A DNA stretch of 64,000 nucleotides from Myxococcota bacterium (GCA_036229005.1 JAZAMN010000054.1:17983-81982), one strand, 5' to 3'; positions 19,289 through 28,699 are shown, counted from the first letter of the stretch. A program made the numbers and translations. The notes: generated from the letters alone by a model not told the origin.

Positions 19289-19780
19289 ATGAAGAAGTTC
19301 GCGATCGCAGGCCTGCTCCTGCCCCTGGTGGCGCTGAGCGCGTGCAGCAAGGATGAGCCCACGGACTCCGCCGGTGCCCTGAGCGAAGAGGAGCTCGCCA
19401 CGATGCTGTGGGACGAGATCCAGGGCTACGAGAGCTGGGACACCCCCGAGAGCTGGCCCGAGAACTCGGTGAGCGCAGACGGCACCCACGGCGCCTACGT
19501 GTCCATCTACATCAACGACGTGGAGGCCGCGGGCGGCGGCGACGGCGCCATCATCGTGAAGAAGGGCTACGACTCGGCCGAGGGCGCGGACCCCAAGGAC
19601 GGCGTGACCGTGATGTGGAAGACCGCCGACTTCGAGTCCGAGAGCGGCTGGTTCTGGGCCAAGTACGACGACGCGGGCGAGGCCTCCGTGACCGGCGAGG
19701 CCGGGGCCTGCACGGGCTGCCACAGCGCCAGCAGCGACTACCAGACCTACAAGAGCAACTCCCCGGGCACGGAGGAGTAG
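19289..19780 (+). CDS. Cytochrome P460-family lipoprotein
   Basis: Lipobox LSAC. GAIIVKKGY, VTVMWK and GWFWAKY, with C-terminal heme motif CTGCH. Confidence 0.75.
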   Translation: MKKFAIAGLLLPLVALSACSKDEPTDSAGALSEEELATMLWDEIQGYESWDTPESWPENSVSADGTHGAYVSIYINDVEAAGGGDGAIIVKKGYDSAEGADPKDGVTVMWKTADFESESGWFWAKYDDAGEASVTGEAGACTGCHSASSDYQTYKSNSPGTEE

Positions 19781-19805
19781 CGCTCAGCCGGCGGGCCTGT
19801 GGTGC

Positions 19806-20948
19806 TCAGCGCAGCCCACAGACCCCGCCGGTCGAGGAGCCATCCCGGCTGCAAGGCAGGTCGTTCCAGCCGCCGCTGCCCAGGGGGTGGTTGATGTGGA
19901 CGCAGTCCTCGCCGCCGGAGTTGTTGGGCTCGCCGGGGGAGAAGTCCCGGTAGCTGGAGTCGGAGCCGTCGGCCCAGACGAACTTGCCCTCTTTGCTGCG
20001 GTCGTTCAGGCCCAGCCACGGGGACTGCGTGGCGGAGAAGCCCGCGTCGTCCAGGAGCTGCAACACCAGCTCGGCCTCGAGGGCGTCGCTGATGCTGGCC
20101 AGGTCGTCGTAGCCCGCGGCCTTGCAGGTGCTGCGCCAGGAGGACCAGTCGTCGTTCTGGGGGCAGACGGCGAAGTAGGCCACGCCCGACCAGTCGGCCT
20201 CGCAGTCCAGGGTGTCGCAGTCGCTGTCCACGCCGTCCCCGTAGACATCGCCGGCCTGCGGGTAGGTGCTGGGGTCGCTGTCGTCGCAGTCGCCGGAGAG
20301 GGTGGAGCGCCCCGGGCCCACCGCGCAGGCCAGGGTGGTCTGGGCCTCGTCGCCGAAGCCGTCGCCGTCGGCGTCCACAAAGAAGGACTGGCCCAGGCTG
20401 GGGTCCAGGCTGTCGTCGGCGTCATCGCTCAGGCCGTCGCAGTCGTCGTCCACGCCGTTGCAGACCTCGGCGGCGTCGGGGTGGATGTCCGCGCTGTGGT
20501 CATCGCAGTCCCCTCCCCGCTCCACGAACCCGGTGGGCTGCACGCAGGCGGAGAGGGCCTCGTCGTCGCGGCCGAAGCCGTCCCCGTCGTGGTCGGGGAA
20601 GAAGACGCTGGCGGTGCCCAGGTCCAGGCGGTTGTCGTCGTCGTCGGAGCGGCCATCGCAGTCGTCGTCCCGCCCGTTGCACACCTCCTGGGCATCGGGG
20701 TGCACCGTTGCATCGTCGTCATCGCAGTCCCGAGCGAGGTCAACGAAGCCGCTGGGGGCCTCGCAGGCCAGGGTGCTCTGGTCGGCGTCGCCGTAGCCGT
20801 CGCCGTCGGCGTCGGCGTAGAAGGTGCGCTCGACGCAGGCGGGGGCGGTGTCGGTCCCGGTGTCCTCGACTGGGACGGGATCCGGGCTGCAGGCGCTGAG
20901 GGCCACGGAGCTCAGGAGGGTGAGGACGAAGGGGGCGCGGCGGGACAT
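19806..20948 (-). CDS. Lipoprotein with three MopE-type DCDD metal-binding repeats and a C-type lectin domain
   Basis: Repeats of YADADGDGYGD...DCDD...HP...EVCNGxDDDCDG. Lectin motifs WLGLND, GEPNNSGGEDC and WNDLPC. Confidence 0.85.
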   Translation of the reverse strand: MSRRAPFVLTLLSSVALSACSPDPVPVEDTGTDTAPACVERTFYADADGDGYGDADQSTLACEAPSGFVDLARDCDDDDATVHPDAQEVCNGRDDDCDGRSDDDDNRLDLGTASVFFPDHDGDGFGRDDEALSACVQPTGFVERGGDCDDHSADIHPDAAEVCNGVDDDCDGLSDDADDSLDPSLGQSFFVDADGDGFGDEAQTTLACAVGPGRSTLSGDCDDSDPSTYPQAGDVYGDGVDSDCDTLDCEADWSGVAYFAVCPQNDDWSSWRSTCKAAGYDDLASISDALEAELVLQLLDDAGFSATQSPWLGLNDRSKEGKFVWADGSDSSYRDFSPGEPNNSGGEDCVHINHPLGSGGWNDLPCSRDGSSTGGVCGLR

Positions 20949-21035
20949 TCTGGCTCCTCTCTGGGTGCCCTCAGCCTAGCCGCGCACGCCCCCTGGCTCC
21001 GCTTATTGGCCCTTAAAGCGGGCCCCCCATCGGGG

Positions 21036-21833
21036 TCAGCCGCCCAACACGTAGGCCACCCGCAGGCGGCCCGTGTAGATGTAGCCGGGAGCGGTGTAGA
21101 ACTCGCCAGCCAGGTCCAGCTTGTCCATGACCCGGGCCTGGGCGCCCACCGAGGCGGTGAGGCCGAAGTAGGGCTGCTCGTTGACGGCCAGGTAGGCGTC
21201 GTCGCCGATGACGAAGAAGGTGCTGACGTCGGTGAAGCCCACGGCGGCGTAGGGGGTGACCTTGTCGGTGGCCAGCCCGTACATCGCGTCCACGCCGAAG
21301 GTGGAGCCCGAGTAGAAGTCGTCGTAGGCGGGGTCCCCGTCCACGAAGGGGGTGGCGATCTCGGCGACGGTCTTCATGAGGGTGGCGTGGCCGCGGAGGC
21401 CGACCTGGTGCTTGTCCGCGACGGTCATGCCCGCGCCGAGCTCGCCGGAGACGATGACGTTGCGGGTGCCGAAGAGGGTCACGGGCGGGACGTAGCCGGC
21501 GCCGCCGTAGAGGGTCACCGGGCCCAGCTCCGGGAAGGAGAAGGTCATGCGCGGGCGGGGCGCGATGGGGGCCTTGTTGGTGTCCTCGGTCTTGGTGGAG
21601 TTGAGCACCAGGCGCTGCTCGCAGGACAGGGGCGGGATGCCCAGGATCTCCACTCCGATGCTGCCGGTGCCCGCCTCGCTGGGGATGGGCGCGTGCAGCG
21701 GGGACGCCGTGGTGGCCAGGGCGAAGTAGTTCATCAGGAAGTCCTGCTGACCCTGATCATCGAGCTTCTGGGTGACGCCCTCGCAGGCGGGGTCCACGGA
21801 GGCGAAGGCCGTGGTCATCATCAAGAGCAGCAT
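21036..21833 (-). CDS. Putative outer-membrane beta-barrel protein
   Basis: Amphipathic strands (VTPYAAVG, FGLTASVGAQARV, YTGRLRVAYVL). Start overlaps the stop of the upstream cytochrome gene. Confidence 0.6.
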   Translation of the reverse strand: MLLLMMTTAFASVDPACEGVTQKLDDQGQQDFLMNYFALATTASPLHAPIPSEAGTGSIGVEILGIPPLSCEQRLVLNSTKTEDTNKAPIAPRPRMTFSFPELGPVTLYGGAGYVPPVTLFGTRNVIVSGELGAGMTVADKHQVGLRGHATLMKTVAEIATPFVDGDPAYDDFYSGSTFGVDAMYGLATDKVTPYAAVGFTDVSTFFVIGDDAYLAVNEQPYFGLTASVGAQARVMDKLDLAGEFYTAPGYIYTGRLRVAYVLGG

Positions 21834-22240
21834 CAGCGCGCCTCACAGTCGGTGGTGGCACCGTCGTCGATCCATTGAGCGAGCACGTCCAGCTCGTCGG
21901 CGTCCAGGCCGTCGCTGCCCAGGGGCATCGCGGCGCCCGCGTCTCCCTGCTCCCCCGCGCACTTGGCGTAGAGGAAGCTGGCGTCCGCGTCCCCGGGGAC
22001 CACGAAGGTCTCCTCCGGGTAGGAGTCGGAGGCCACATCCACGACATCGGCGATGTCGGTGAGCTCGGGGTAGCTGGCGTTGGCGCCGTGGCAGGTCAGG
22101 CACTTGGCGTCCATCAGCTCCTGCACGCCGCAGTAGTCGGGGGTCAGGCCGCTGGTCTCAGCGGGCTCGGGGAGGTTGATCTCGTCATCACAGGCGACCA
22201 GCATCAGCAGGGCGCCTGCGGCCATCAGGCCAGCTCGCAT
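21833..22240 (-). CDS. Monoheme c-type cytochrome lipoprotein
   Basis: Lipobox LVAC and CLTCH. VVPGDADASFLY...MP...ELDVLAQWIDDGA is a planctomycete cytochrome C-like pattern. Confidence 0.85.
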   Translation of the reverse strand: MRAGLMAAGALLMLVACDDEINLPEPAETSGLTPDYCGVQELMDAKCLTCHGANASYPELTDIADVVDVASDSYPEETFVVPGDADASFLYAKCAGEQGDAGAAMPLGSDGLDADELDVLAQWIDDGATTDCEAR

Positions 22241-22334
22241 GGGGCATCTCCAGTCTGCTTTGGAGACTACCGGATTCCACTGGAGGGCTCCGGTTACACG
22301 CGCTTAAAGCTGCGGATCAGCCCGCCGCGGGGCC

Positions 22335-23483
22335 TCACCAGCCCATGTGCAGCCACAGGCTCACGGGCACGTCCCAGCCGGCCTGCAGGCGCCAGTCCAC
22401 GCCGGCCTGCGCGCCCACGGAGAGCTGCTCGGAGAGGGCGTAGTCGGCCTGCACGCGCCCCCCCACCACCAGGTCCTGGTAGGAGATGCCGCGGGCGGCC
22501 TCCCAGCGCGTGCTGCCGGTGGTCTTGAGGTCCAGGCGGCGGCTCGGGGACACCGCGTAGGAGCCCGCGACCTTGTGGAAGGCCAGGTAGGGGGCGTACC
22601 AGCTATCCTCCAGGCCCTTGGTGTAGCCCAGCGAGAGGCGCTGGTGCCGGGTGGGGCTCCAGACGGCGGCCACGTTGCCGATGACGCCGTCGATGGGGGT
22701 GGTCGACACCACGCCGCCGTCCCGGAGCTGTGAGAAGCCGACCGCGGCGTTGATGACCAGCGGGTAGTCCACCCGGCCGAAGATGCCGAGCTGCGCGTTC
22801 CAGCCCCAGCCGGGGAGCTGGGTGCCGGCCCAGGCGTAGGCCTCGGCGCCGCCAGAGAGCACCAGATCGGTGCGGGGGAAGAAGGACCAGCGGATCTCCG
22901 CGTCCCCGCCCCCGGCCACGCGGGTGTTCGTGCTGGTGGGCACCAGGTAGCTCAGAGTGCCGACGCTGACGTTGTAGTTGTCGACCTGCCCGCGGCCCAG
23001 GAGCTGGAGGCGCAGCGCGCCGCCGCCGGGGGTGTAGCGCACGCCCGCCTGGGTGATGGAGCGCTGGCGCACCGTGAGGCCCTTGCCGTCAGCCAGCGCC
23101 AGGGAGCTGGGGGCCAGGCTGTGCTTGCGCTGGGCCTGCTCCCGAACGACCACCTGCAGCGGACGCCGGGGCCGCAGCAGCAGGGTGGTGTCCAGGTCCA
23201 GGTCGGTGCGGGAGAGCTGCCAGGCGGCGACATCGTCCCCCAGCACCAGCAGCACCTGCCGCCGGGTGGCGACGCCCGTGAGCCCCAGCGTGAAGTCCGG
23301 GGTCTCCCAGCGCAGGTCCACGCCCGGCCGCAGGAGCAGGCCCGCGGCGGGCTTGGGGTTGCCCGGGGTCCGGTAGACGTTGGGGGTGAAGGTGGCCCCC
23401 AGGTCGACGTAGGGGGAGACCGTCAGGCCTTTGGCCGAGATGCCCTCGCTGGCCTGGGCCAGCGCGCAAAGAATCAAGAACAT
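22335..23483 (-). CDS. Outer-membrane beta-barrel protein (porin-like)
   Basis: Many alternating beta-strands, short signal MFLILCALAQA and terminal aromatic residue (W). Confidence 0.65.
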   Translation of the reverse strand: MFLILCALAQASEGISAKGLTVSPYVDLGATFTPNVYRTPGNPKPAAGLLLRPGVDLRWETPDFTLGLTGVATRRQVLLVLGDDVAAWQLSRTDLDLDTTLLLRPRRPLQVVVREQAQRKHSLAPSSLALADGKGLTVRQRSITQAGVRYTPGGGALRLQLLGRGQVDNYNVSVGTLSYLVPTSTNTRVAGGGDAEIRWSFFPRTDLVLSGGAEAYAWAGTQLPGWGWNAQLGIFGRVDYPLVINAAVGFSQLRDGGVVSTTPIDGVIGNVAAVWSPTRHQRLSLGYTKGLEDSWYAPYLAFHKVAGSYAVSPSRRLDLKTTGSTRWEAARGISYQDLVVGGRVQADYALSEQLSVGAQAGVDWRLQAGWDVPVSLWLHMGW

Positions 23484-23538
23484 GGAGTGACCCTATGACC
23501 CTTGGACACCCCGGACCGCTCAGGGCGCTACCGGACGA

Positions 23539-23931
23539 TCACCCGCGGAGGGCGTCCGCTGCTGCGCTCAGGGCGGCGTGGGCCTTCTGGGCCACCGGAT
23601 CCAGGCTGGGCAGGTCGGTCACATGGAACATCTCCTTGGGGGAGATGATGGCGACCTCGGTGCCCTGCTCCAGCTCCCGCAGGATGACGTTGCAGGGCAG
23701 CAGCAGGCCCACCAGCGGCTCGGTGTGGAGCGCCTCCCAGGCCAGGCCGGGGTTGCAGGCGCCCAGCAGCTTGTAGCCGCCCATCTCGCGGTCCAGCTTG
23801 GCCTTCATGGTGGCCTGGATGTCGACCTCGGTGAGCACGCCGAAGCCCTGCTCCTTGAGGGCGGCGCGCACGCGCTGCTCGGCCGCATCCATGTCCATCT
23901 CCAGCATCACCTTGATCGCAAACTGTTCCAT
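23539..23931 (-). CDS. DUF302 domain protein
   Basis: ALKEQGFGVLTEVD, YKLLGACNP and GLLLPCNV. AGGAGG RBS with ATG at 23931. Confidence 0.9.
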   Translation of the reverse strand: MEQFAIKVMLEMDMDAAEQRVRAALKEQGFGVLTEVDIQATMKAKLDREMGGYKLLGACNPGLAWEALHTEPLVGLLLPCNVILRELEQGTEVAIISPKEMFHVTDLPSLDPVAQKAHAALSAAADALRG

Positions 23932-23973
23932 TTCAAGCCTCCTGAGGGGGTCATGGTCAGCTATATCGGTGGC

Positions 23974-24996
23974 ATGTGGATGCTGCTTCTGGCCTTGGGC
24001 GACAGGTGTGATCTCGATCCGGAAACGCTGGACTACAGCCAGCCTGAGCACTGGATCTGCCGACCTGGACAGGATGACCTCTGCTCGGCGCCGCCACCCG
24101 TTCTCCAGGTGGACCTGCAGGGCGATGTCCAGGAGGTGGAGGTCCCCGTCGCGGACACCGGGATCGACTGCTTCTTCGTCTACCCGACCATGGACATGCG
24201 CCTGGCGGTCGGGCTCCACAAGGACGCCACCGACCTGGAGGACGAGCAGCGCATCACCCTGTGGCAGGCCGCCCACATGGGGCAGGTCTGCGAGGTCTGG
24301 GCGCCCGTCTACCGCCAGGTCACCATCGGCACCTACTTCCGCCGGGAGAAGCGCGCCGAGCCCTGCCTGGACTCCGCCTACGACGACGTGCTGGCCGCCT
24401 TCGAGGCCTACCTGGCCGCCTCGGACCGCCCCTTCATCCTGGCCGGCCACTCCCAGGGCGCCCACCACATCACCCGCCTGCTGGACGAGCGGATCGCCGA
24501 CGACCCCGCCCTGCGCGAGCGCCTGGTGGTGGCCTGGCCCATCGGCAGCCCCCGCCCCGAGACCGAGCAGTTCCCGCTGTGCAGTGACAGCGCCGAGCCC
24601 GGCTGCGTGATGGCCTTCCGCAGCTACCTGGACGGCAACCCCCTCCCCGAGCTGGGCAGCCCCAGCCAGTGCGTGAACCCCGCCGCCCCCGGCAGCCTGG
24701 ACTGGCAGCCCCTGCCCGACGTCCTGCTCCCCACCGTCCCCGAGCGGCCCACCCCCGCCGAAGTTGAGCCCGCGCTCACCACCCTGCTGCGCTACCCCGA
24801 GGGCTTCTCCGCCCGCTGCCAGAGCGACGACGAGGGCCACGCCGGGCTCCAGGTGCGCTGGGATGGCCCCCCCGACCAGGACCCGCTGCGCGGCGTCGAG
24901 GGCCTGGACAGTGTGGTCGCCGGCGCCCACATCCTGGACTTCGCGTTCGGGCTCTACCCCCTGATGGACGACCTCAAGAGGCGGAGGCTCCCGTGA
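23974..24996 (+). CDS. DUF3089-like alpha/beta hydrolase
   Basis: DCFFVYPT, WAPVYRQ and RPFILAGHSQG nucleophile elbow, with C-terminal HILD. Confidence 0.85.
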   Translation: MWMLLLALGDRCDLDPETLDYSQPEHWICRPGQDDLCSAPPPVLQVDLQGDVQEVEVPVADTGIDCFFVYPTMDMRLAVGLHKDATDLEDEQRITLWQAAHMGQVCEVWAPVYRQVTIGTYFRREKRAEPCLDSAYDDVLAAFEAYLAASDRPFILAGHSQGAHHITRLLDERIADDPALRERLVVAWPIGSPRPETEQFPLCSDSAEPGCVMAFRSYLDGNPLPELGSPSQCVNPAAPGSLDWQPLPDVLLPTVPERPTPAEVEPALTTLLRYPEGFSARCQSDDEGHAGLQVRWDGPPDQDPLRGVEGLDSVVAGAHILDFAFGLYPLMDDLKRRRLP

Positions 24997-25772
24997 TCCT
25001 GCTGCTGCTGGCCTGCACCCCCACCGAGCTGAACCCCGGCACCGGCCCCTGCGTCTGGAACCAGGCCTACCAGGAGGACGAAGACGCGGCCCCCGACAGC
25101 CTCTCGGCGATGCTCGCACAGGCCCAGGACTGCTACACGCTGGTCGACCCCTTTGACGAGGAGAGTGAGTCGGCGGTCGAAGCGGCCATCCCCACCCTCC
25201 AGGCCTCTGGGAACCAGGTCGGCTGCTATGTGTCGGTGGGCACCTGCGAGGACTGGCGCAGCGACTACGACGCGCTCTCCCCCTACTGCGTCGACCAGGC
25301 CTGGGACGCCTGGGAGGGTGAGTACTTTGTGTCCGACACCGTCGGCATCCTCCCGGGCATGAAGGCCCGCCTGGACGCCGCGGCCGAGCTGGGCTGCGAC
25401 TGGGTGGAGCTGGACAACATGGACTGGGCCCAGGACGACGAGGTGTCCGAGTCCACCGGCGTCAGCGAGGACCAGTCCCGGGAGTACGCCGAGGCCATCT
25501 GCGCCCACGCCGACAGCCTGGGCATGCAGTGCATGGGCAAGTCCAGCACCCTGGGCCTGGAGCTGAGCGGCCTGACCGTCGAGAGCTACCCCCGCGAGCA
25601 GGACTGGTGGGAGCACAGCGAGCTGCAGGGCGTGCTGGACCGCGGCGGCCTGGGCATCGTGGTGCACTACCAGGAGGGCGACTGCGCGGCGGTCGCCAAC
25701 GAGTACCGGGCCTCCTACGGCTCGGACCTGTCCGTCATCTGTGAGGAGGACGGGGAGTACCTGCACCTGTGA
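24993..25772 (+). CDS. GH114-like endo-alpha-1,4-galactosaminidase lipoprotein
   Basis: GCYVSVGTCEDWRSD, WEGEYF and ARLDAAAELGCDWVELDNMD. GTGA overlap with the upstream gene. Confidence 0.8.
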   Translation: MILLLLACTPTELNPGTGPCVWNQAYQEDEDAAPDSLSAMLAQAQDCYTLVDPFDEESESAVEAAIPTLQASGNQVGCYVSVGTCEDWRSDYDALSPYCVDQAWDAWEGEYFVSDTVGILPGMKARLDAAAELGCDWVELDNMDWAQDDEVSESTGVSEDQSREYAEAICAHADSLGMQCMGKSSTLGLELSGLTVESYPREQDWWEHSELQGVLDRGGLGIVVHYQEGDCAAVANEYRASYGSDLSVICEEDGEYLHL

Positions 25773-25778
25773 GGCGGC

Positions 25779-26729
25779 TCAGCGCTTGAGCCCCCACCCC
25801 ACGCTGCACTGCGTCCCCACCCCCACCCGCTGTACGAGCTGCACACCCTCGGTGTCCTGGAGCACGGGGACCTGGGCACTCACAACGCAGGCGACCGCAG
25901 GGAGCACGCGCACGGCGGCCTGGCCCTGGATGCCCAGCTCGCGGCGCTGACCGACACGCAGGGTGGTTGGCAGACCGGTGTCCTCGTCGGTGGTCTCGAT
26001 GCGGTCACGGGTGTGCAGGGAGCCGGATGCCAACAGGGTGAGCTGCCAGCGGTCCTTGCGCCCAAGACCCACTGCTGGCCCGGTCCTCAGGGAGAGGTCC
26101 CGCCCCCACCAGATCTCGTCGGGGGTGTAGCCGACGGGCTGCTGGAAGCTGGCGGCCGCCACCCAGGAAAGGCCCCCGAGCTTGACCCGGCCGCTGGCGG
26201 CTGCGGACAGGGCGAAGCTGCCAGAGCCCAAAGACGCGCGGGTGTCGTAGGTGGTCAGGTAGTAGGCGCCGTCCTGCTGCTCGATGTCGGTGACCGAGAA
26301 GCTGGCCTTCTGGTTGTAGTGGCCGGTGGGCACGCGCAGCGCGAGGGAGGCCTGGCCGGCGAACAGGGACTTGCGGCGGCCAAAGCCCTGAGAGGCGACG
26401 AGCTGCAGATCCCCCAGGCCCACGGAGCCCTGCTCGTCCTGGAGGACCTGGCCGGTGGGGAGCGAGAGCTGGAGCGCCGTGCGGGAGGGCAGGCGCACCC
26501 CCACAGTGGGCGTGAGGGTCTGGACCAGGACGCTGGCGGTCGCTGCGTCGCCCATGGACTGGCCGTCGCGCAGCACCCGGGAGAAGTCGGAGAAGCCGTA
26601 GCGCAGGGCGGCCTCGGCCCGGGGGAGCGGGAGGCTCAGGCCCACGGTGCTCGCGGTCTGCAGGGGGTCGTCGCCCACCCGACCGACGGCGACGTCGTGG
26701 TGGGCCAGCATCAGGGCCAGCGGCAGCAC
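25779..26729 (-). CDS. Putative beta-barrel transporter-like outer-membrane protein in the MbnP/H operon
   Basis: SVGLGDLQL, LRVPTGHY and SLGSGS resemble MetA-pathway/SphA-type barrels. GTG start 3 nt after the mbnH stop. Confidence 0.6.
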   Translation of the reverse strand: MLPLALMLAHHDVAVGRVGDDPLQTASTVGLSLPLPRAEAALRYGFSDFSRVLRDGQSMGDAATASVLVQTLTPTVGVRLPSRTALQLSLPTGQVLQDEQGSVGLGDLQLVASQGFGRRKSLFAGQASLALRVPTGHYNQKASFSVTDIEQQDGAYYLTTYDTRASLGSGSFALSAAASGRVKLGGLSWVAAASFQQPVGYTPDEIWWGRDLSLRTGPAVGLGRKDRWQLTLLASGSLHTRDRIETTDEDTGLPTTLRVGQRRELGIQGQAAVRVLPAVACVVSAQVPVLQDTEGVQLVQRVGVGTQCSVGWGLKR

Positions 26730-26732
26730 GGC

Positions 26733-27848
26733 TCAGTCCTGGTAGGGGTCGGAGAAGGCCGGGTTGGTCAGGAACTCCGGGTCGGTGAGGGCGCCCAGAA
26801 ACGCCACCAGGTCCTCGCGCTCCTGATCGGTCAGCGAGAAGCCCGCGACCAGACCGGACTTGAGGGGTGAGAGGGCCCCATCTCCGGCGTAGGGCCCCTC
26901 CTCGATCAGCCGGCCGCCGCGCTCGTAGATGGCGATGACCTCCTCGAGCGTCTCGACGCTGCCGTCGTGCATGTAGGGCGCGGTGACGGCCACGTTCCGC
27001 AGGCTGGGCGCCCGGAAGCGGCCCATGTCGGCGGGGTCGCGGGTGACCTCGTAGACGCCGGGGTTGTTGCCCGGGTAGCCGCCCTCGCCGTCGATGTTGT
27101 AGAGCCCGGTGTTCTGGAAGAGCGAGGCGTCGAAGGCGCTGCCCTCGTGCACGCTGGCCTCGGTGAAGTTGAAGCCGCCGTGGCAGTGGTGGCACTCCAG
27201 ATCTTCGGAGAAGAACAGGGCCAGCCCGCGCAGCTCCGAGTCGCTCAGGGCGCTCGCGTCCCCCTGGTAGGTGAACTGGTCGAAGGGCGAGTTGCCCGAG
27301 ATCAGCGCGCGGTTGAAGCTCGCCAGCCCCTGCAGGATGCGGTCCCAGGCGATGGGGTCGGCGTCGTCCGGGAAGGCGGCCTCGAAGCGCGCGACCATCT
27401 CGGGGTCGGCGGCCAGGCGCTCCAGGATCTCGTCCTGGTAGGGCCCCGCCCCCATCTCCACCGGCGCGTCCCCAAAGAGCGGGGTCAGGTGCTGGTCCTC
27501 CAGCTCGGTGAGGATGGGGTTGGCCCAGGTCAGGGTGGCGTTGTAGCCGACGTTGACCAGGCTGTTGGCGTTGCGGACGTGCTCTTCGCCCGTGGAGCCC
27601 AGCCCCACGGTGCGGCCGTCGGTGAACGCGAGCTCCTGCAGGTGACAGGACCCGCAGCTCTGGGTCTCGTTGCCCGAGAGGCGGGTGTCGTAGAAGAGGT
27701 AGCGCCCCAGCTCCACCTTCTCGGCGGTGAGGGGGTTGTCCTCGGGCACGCGCAGCTCGGGGAAGCCCTCGGGGATCACCACGGCCGGCGCCGCTCCGGT
27801 GTCCGTCTCGGCATCCTTGCAGGCCAGCGTGGCGAGGACGAGCAGCAT
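26733..27848 (-). CDS. mbnH: MbnH-family di-heme enzyme (bCcP/MauG superfamily)
   Basis: CGSCH, CHHCH, LGRYLFYDTRLS and FRAPSLRNVAVTAPYMHDGS. Adjacent to mbnP. Confidence 0.9.
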   Translation of the reverse strand: MLLVLATLACKDAETDTGAAPAVVIPEGFPELRVPEDNPLTAEKVELGRYLFYDTRLSGNETQSCGSCHLQELAFTDGRTVGLGSTGEEHVRNANSLVNVGYNATLTWANPILTELEDQHLTPLFGDAPVEMGAGPYQDEILERLAADPEMVARFEAAFPDDADPIAWDRILQGLASFNRALISGNSPFDQFTYQGDASALSDSELRGLALFFSEDLECHHCHGGFNFTEASVHEGSAFDASLFQNTGLYNIDGEGGYPGNNPGVYEVTRDPADMGRFRAPSLRNVAVTAPYMHDGSVETLEEVIAIYERGGRLIEEGPYAGDGALSPLKSGLVAGFSLTDQEREDLVAFLGALTDPEFLTNPAFSDPYQD

Positions 27849-28699
27849 CACTCCGCCCCGAACACGCTCTGGGCGCCGCAGTCCGACACGCAGAGGCCCG
27901 TGGAGAAGTCCATGCCCAGCGACTCCCAGATGGGGCCGCAGTCGTCCGGCTCCGACGGGGCGCTCATGCAGCCCGGGGGGGTGTCCGCGGTGTCGGCGCC
28001 CAGGTCCAGGTCCGCCACCAGCTCGGCCAGGTCCACGGAGACCACCTGGGTCTCGGGGTCGAAGCCGGACAGCTCGACGGTGGCGCGGTTGGGGTTGCTG
28101 CACTCTTCCGTCGGGGGCGAAGTCGCAGCGTCGCTGGTGCAGCCGGTGGAGCCCACGTGCATGTTCGAGCGCAGCACGGTCTCACCCTGAACGCTCCAGT
28201 CCACCCGGACGAACTTGTAGCCGCCCTGCCAGGACCAGAACATGCCCGGCGAGTTCAGGGGGGCGTCCGCGGTCGCGTTGTCCAGGTGGTTGTGCTCAAA
28301 GGGCACGCCCACCACAAAGCGCAGGCCGCTGTAATCGCCCTCCGCGATGCTGCCGACGATCTGGCTGTTCAGGTCCGCGTTGCCGCTGTCCGCGCAAGCA
28401 CCGCTACCGTCCTCGAAGTCCATCAGGGCGATGTCGTGGACCTGCCACTTGCCGTCCTGCTCCAGGTCCATCGCGACCCACTCACCGTCGGCGTTCTGCA
28501 GCTCGACGCCGGAGATGAAGAAGCGGGCGTCCGCGAGCTGGGCCGTCGCCTCCCCGCTGCCCACGCTGTAGGCGGTCGCGCAGGACACGGGCTCCCCGCC
28601 CACGGTGGCGGCGAACTCCAGGGTCAGGTCCTGGGTGGTGACGCCGCTGTCGACGGGATCCTTGTCGCAGGCGGTCAGGGTCAGGAAGAAGGCGAGCAT
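27848..28699 (-). CDS. mbnP: MbnP-family copper-binding protein
   Basis: DARFFIS, LRFVVGVPFEHNH, GMFWSWQGGYKF (WxW) and HVGSTGC...CSNPNR. Confidence 0.9.
   Translation of the reverse strand: MLAFFLTLTACDKDPVDSGVTTQDLTLEFAATVGGEPVSCATAYSVGSGEATAQLADARFFISGVELQNADGEWVAMDLEQDGKWQVHDIALMDFEDGSGACADSGNADLNSQIVGSIAEGDYSGLRFVVGVPFEHNHLDNATADAPLNSPGMFWSWQGGYKFVRVDWSVQGETVLRSNMHVGSTGCTSDAATSPPTEECSNPNRATVELSGFDPETQVVSVDLAELVADLDLGADTADTPPGCMSAPSEPDDCGPIWESLGMDFSTGLCVSDCGAQSVFGAE

Noticed and set aside
26733..28699. Methanobactin biosynthetic cluster
   Set aside because: No mbnA precursor or mbnBC is visible. Only the accessory MbnP/MbnH pair is present.
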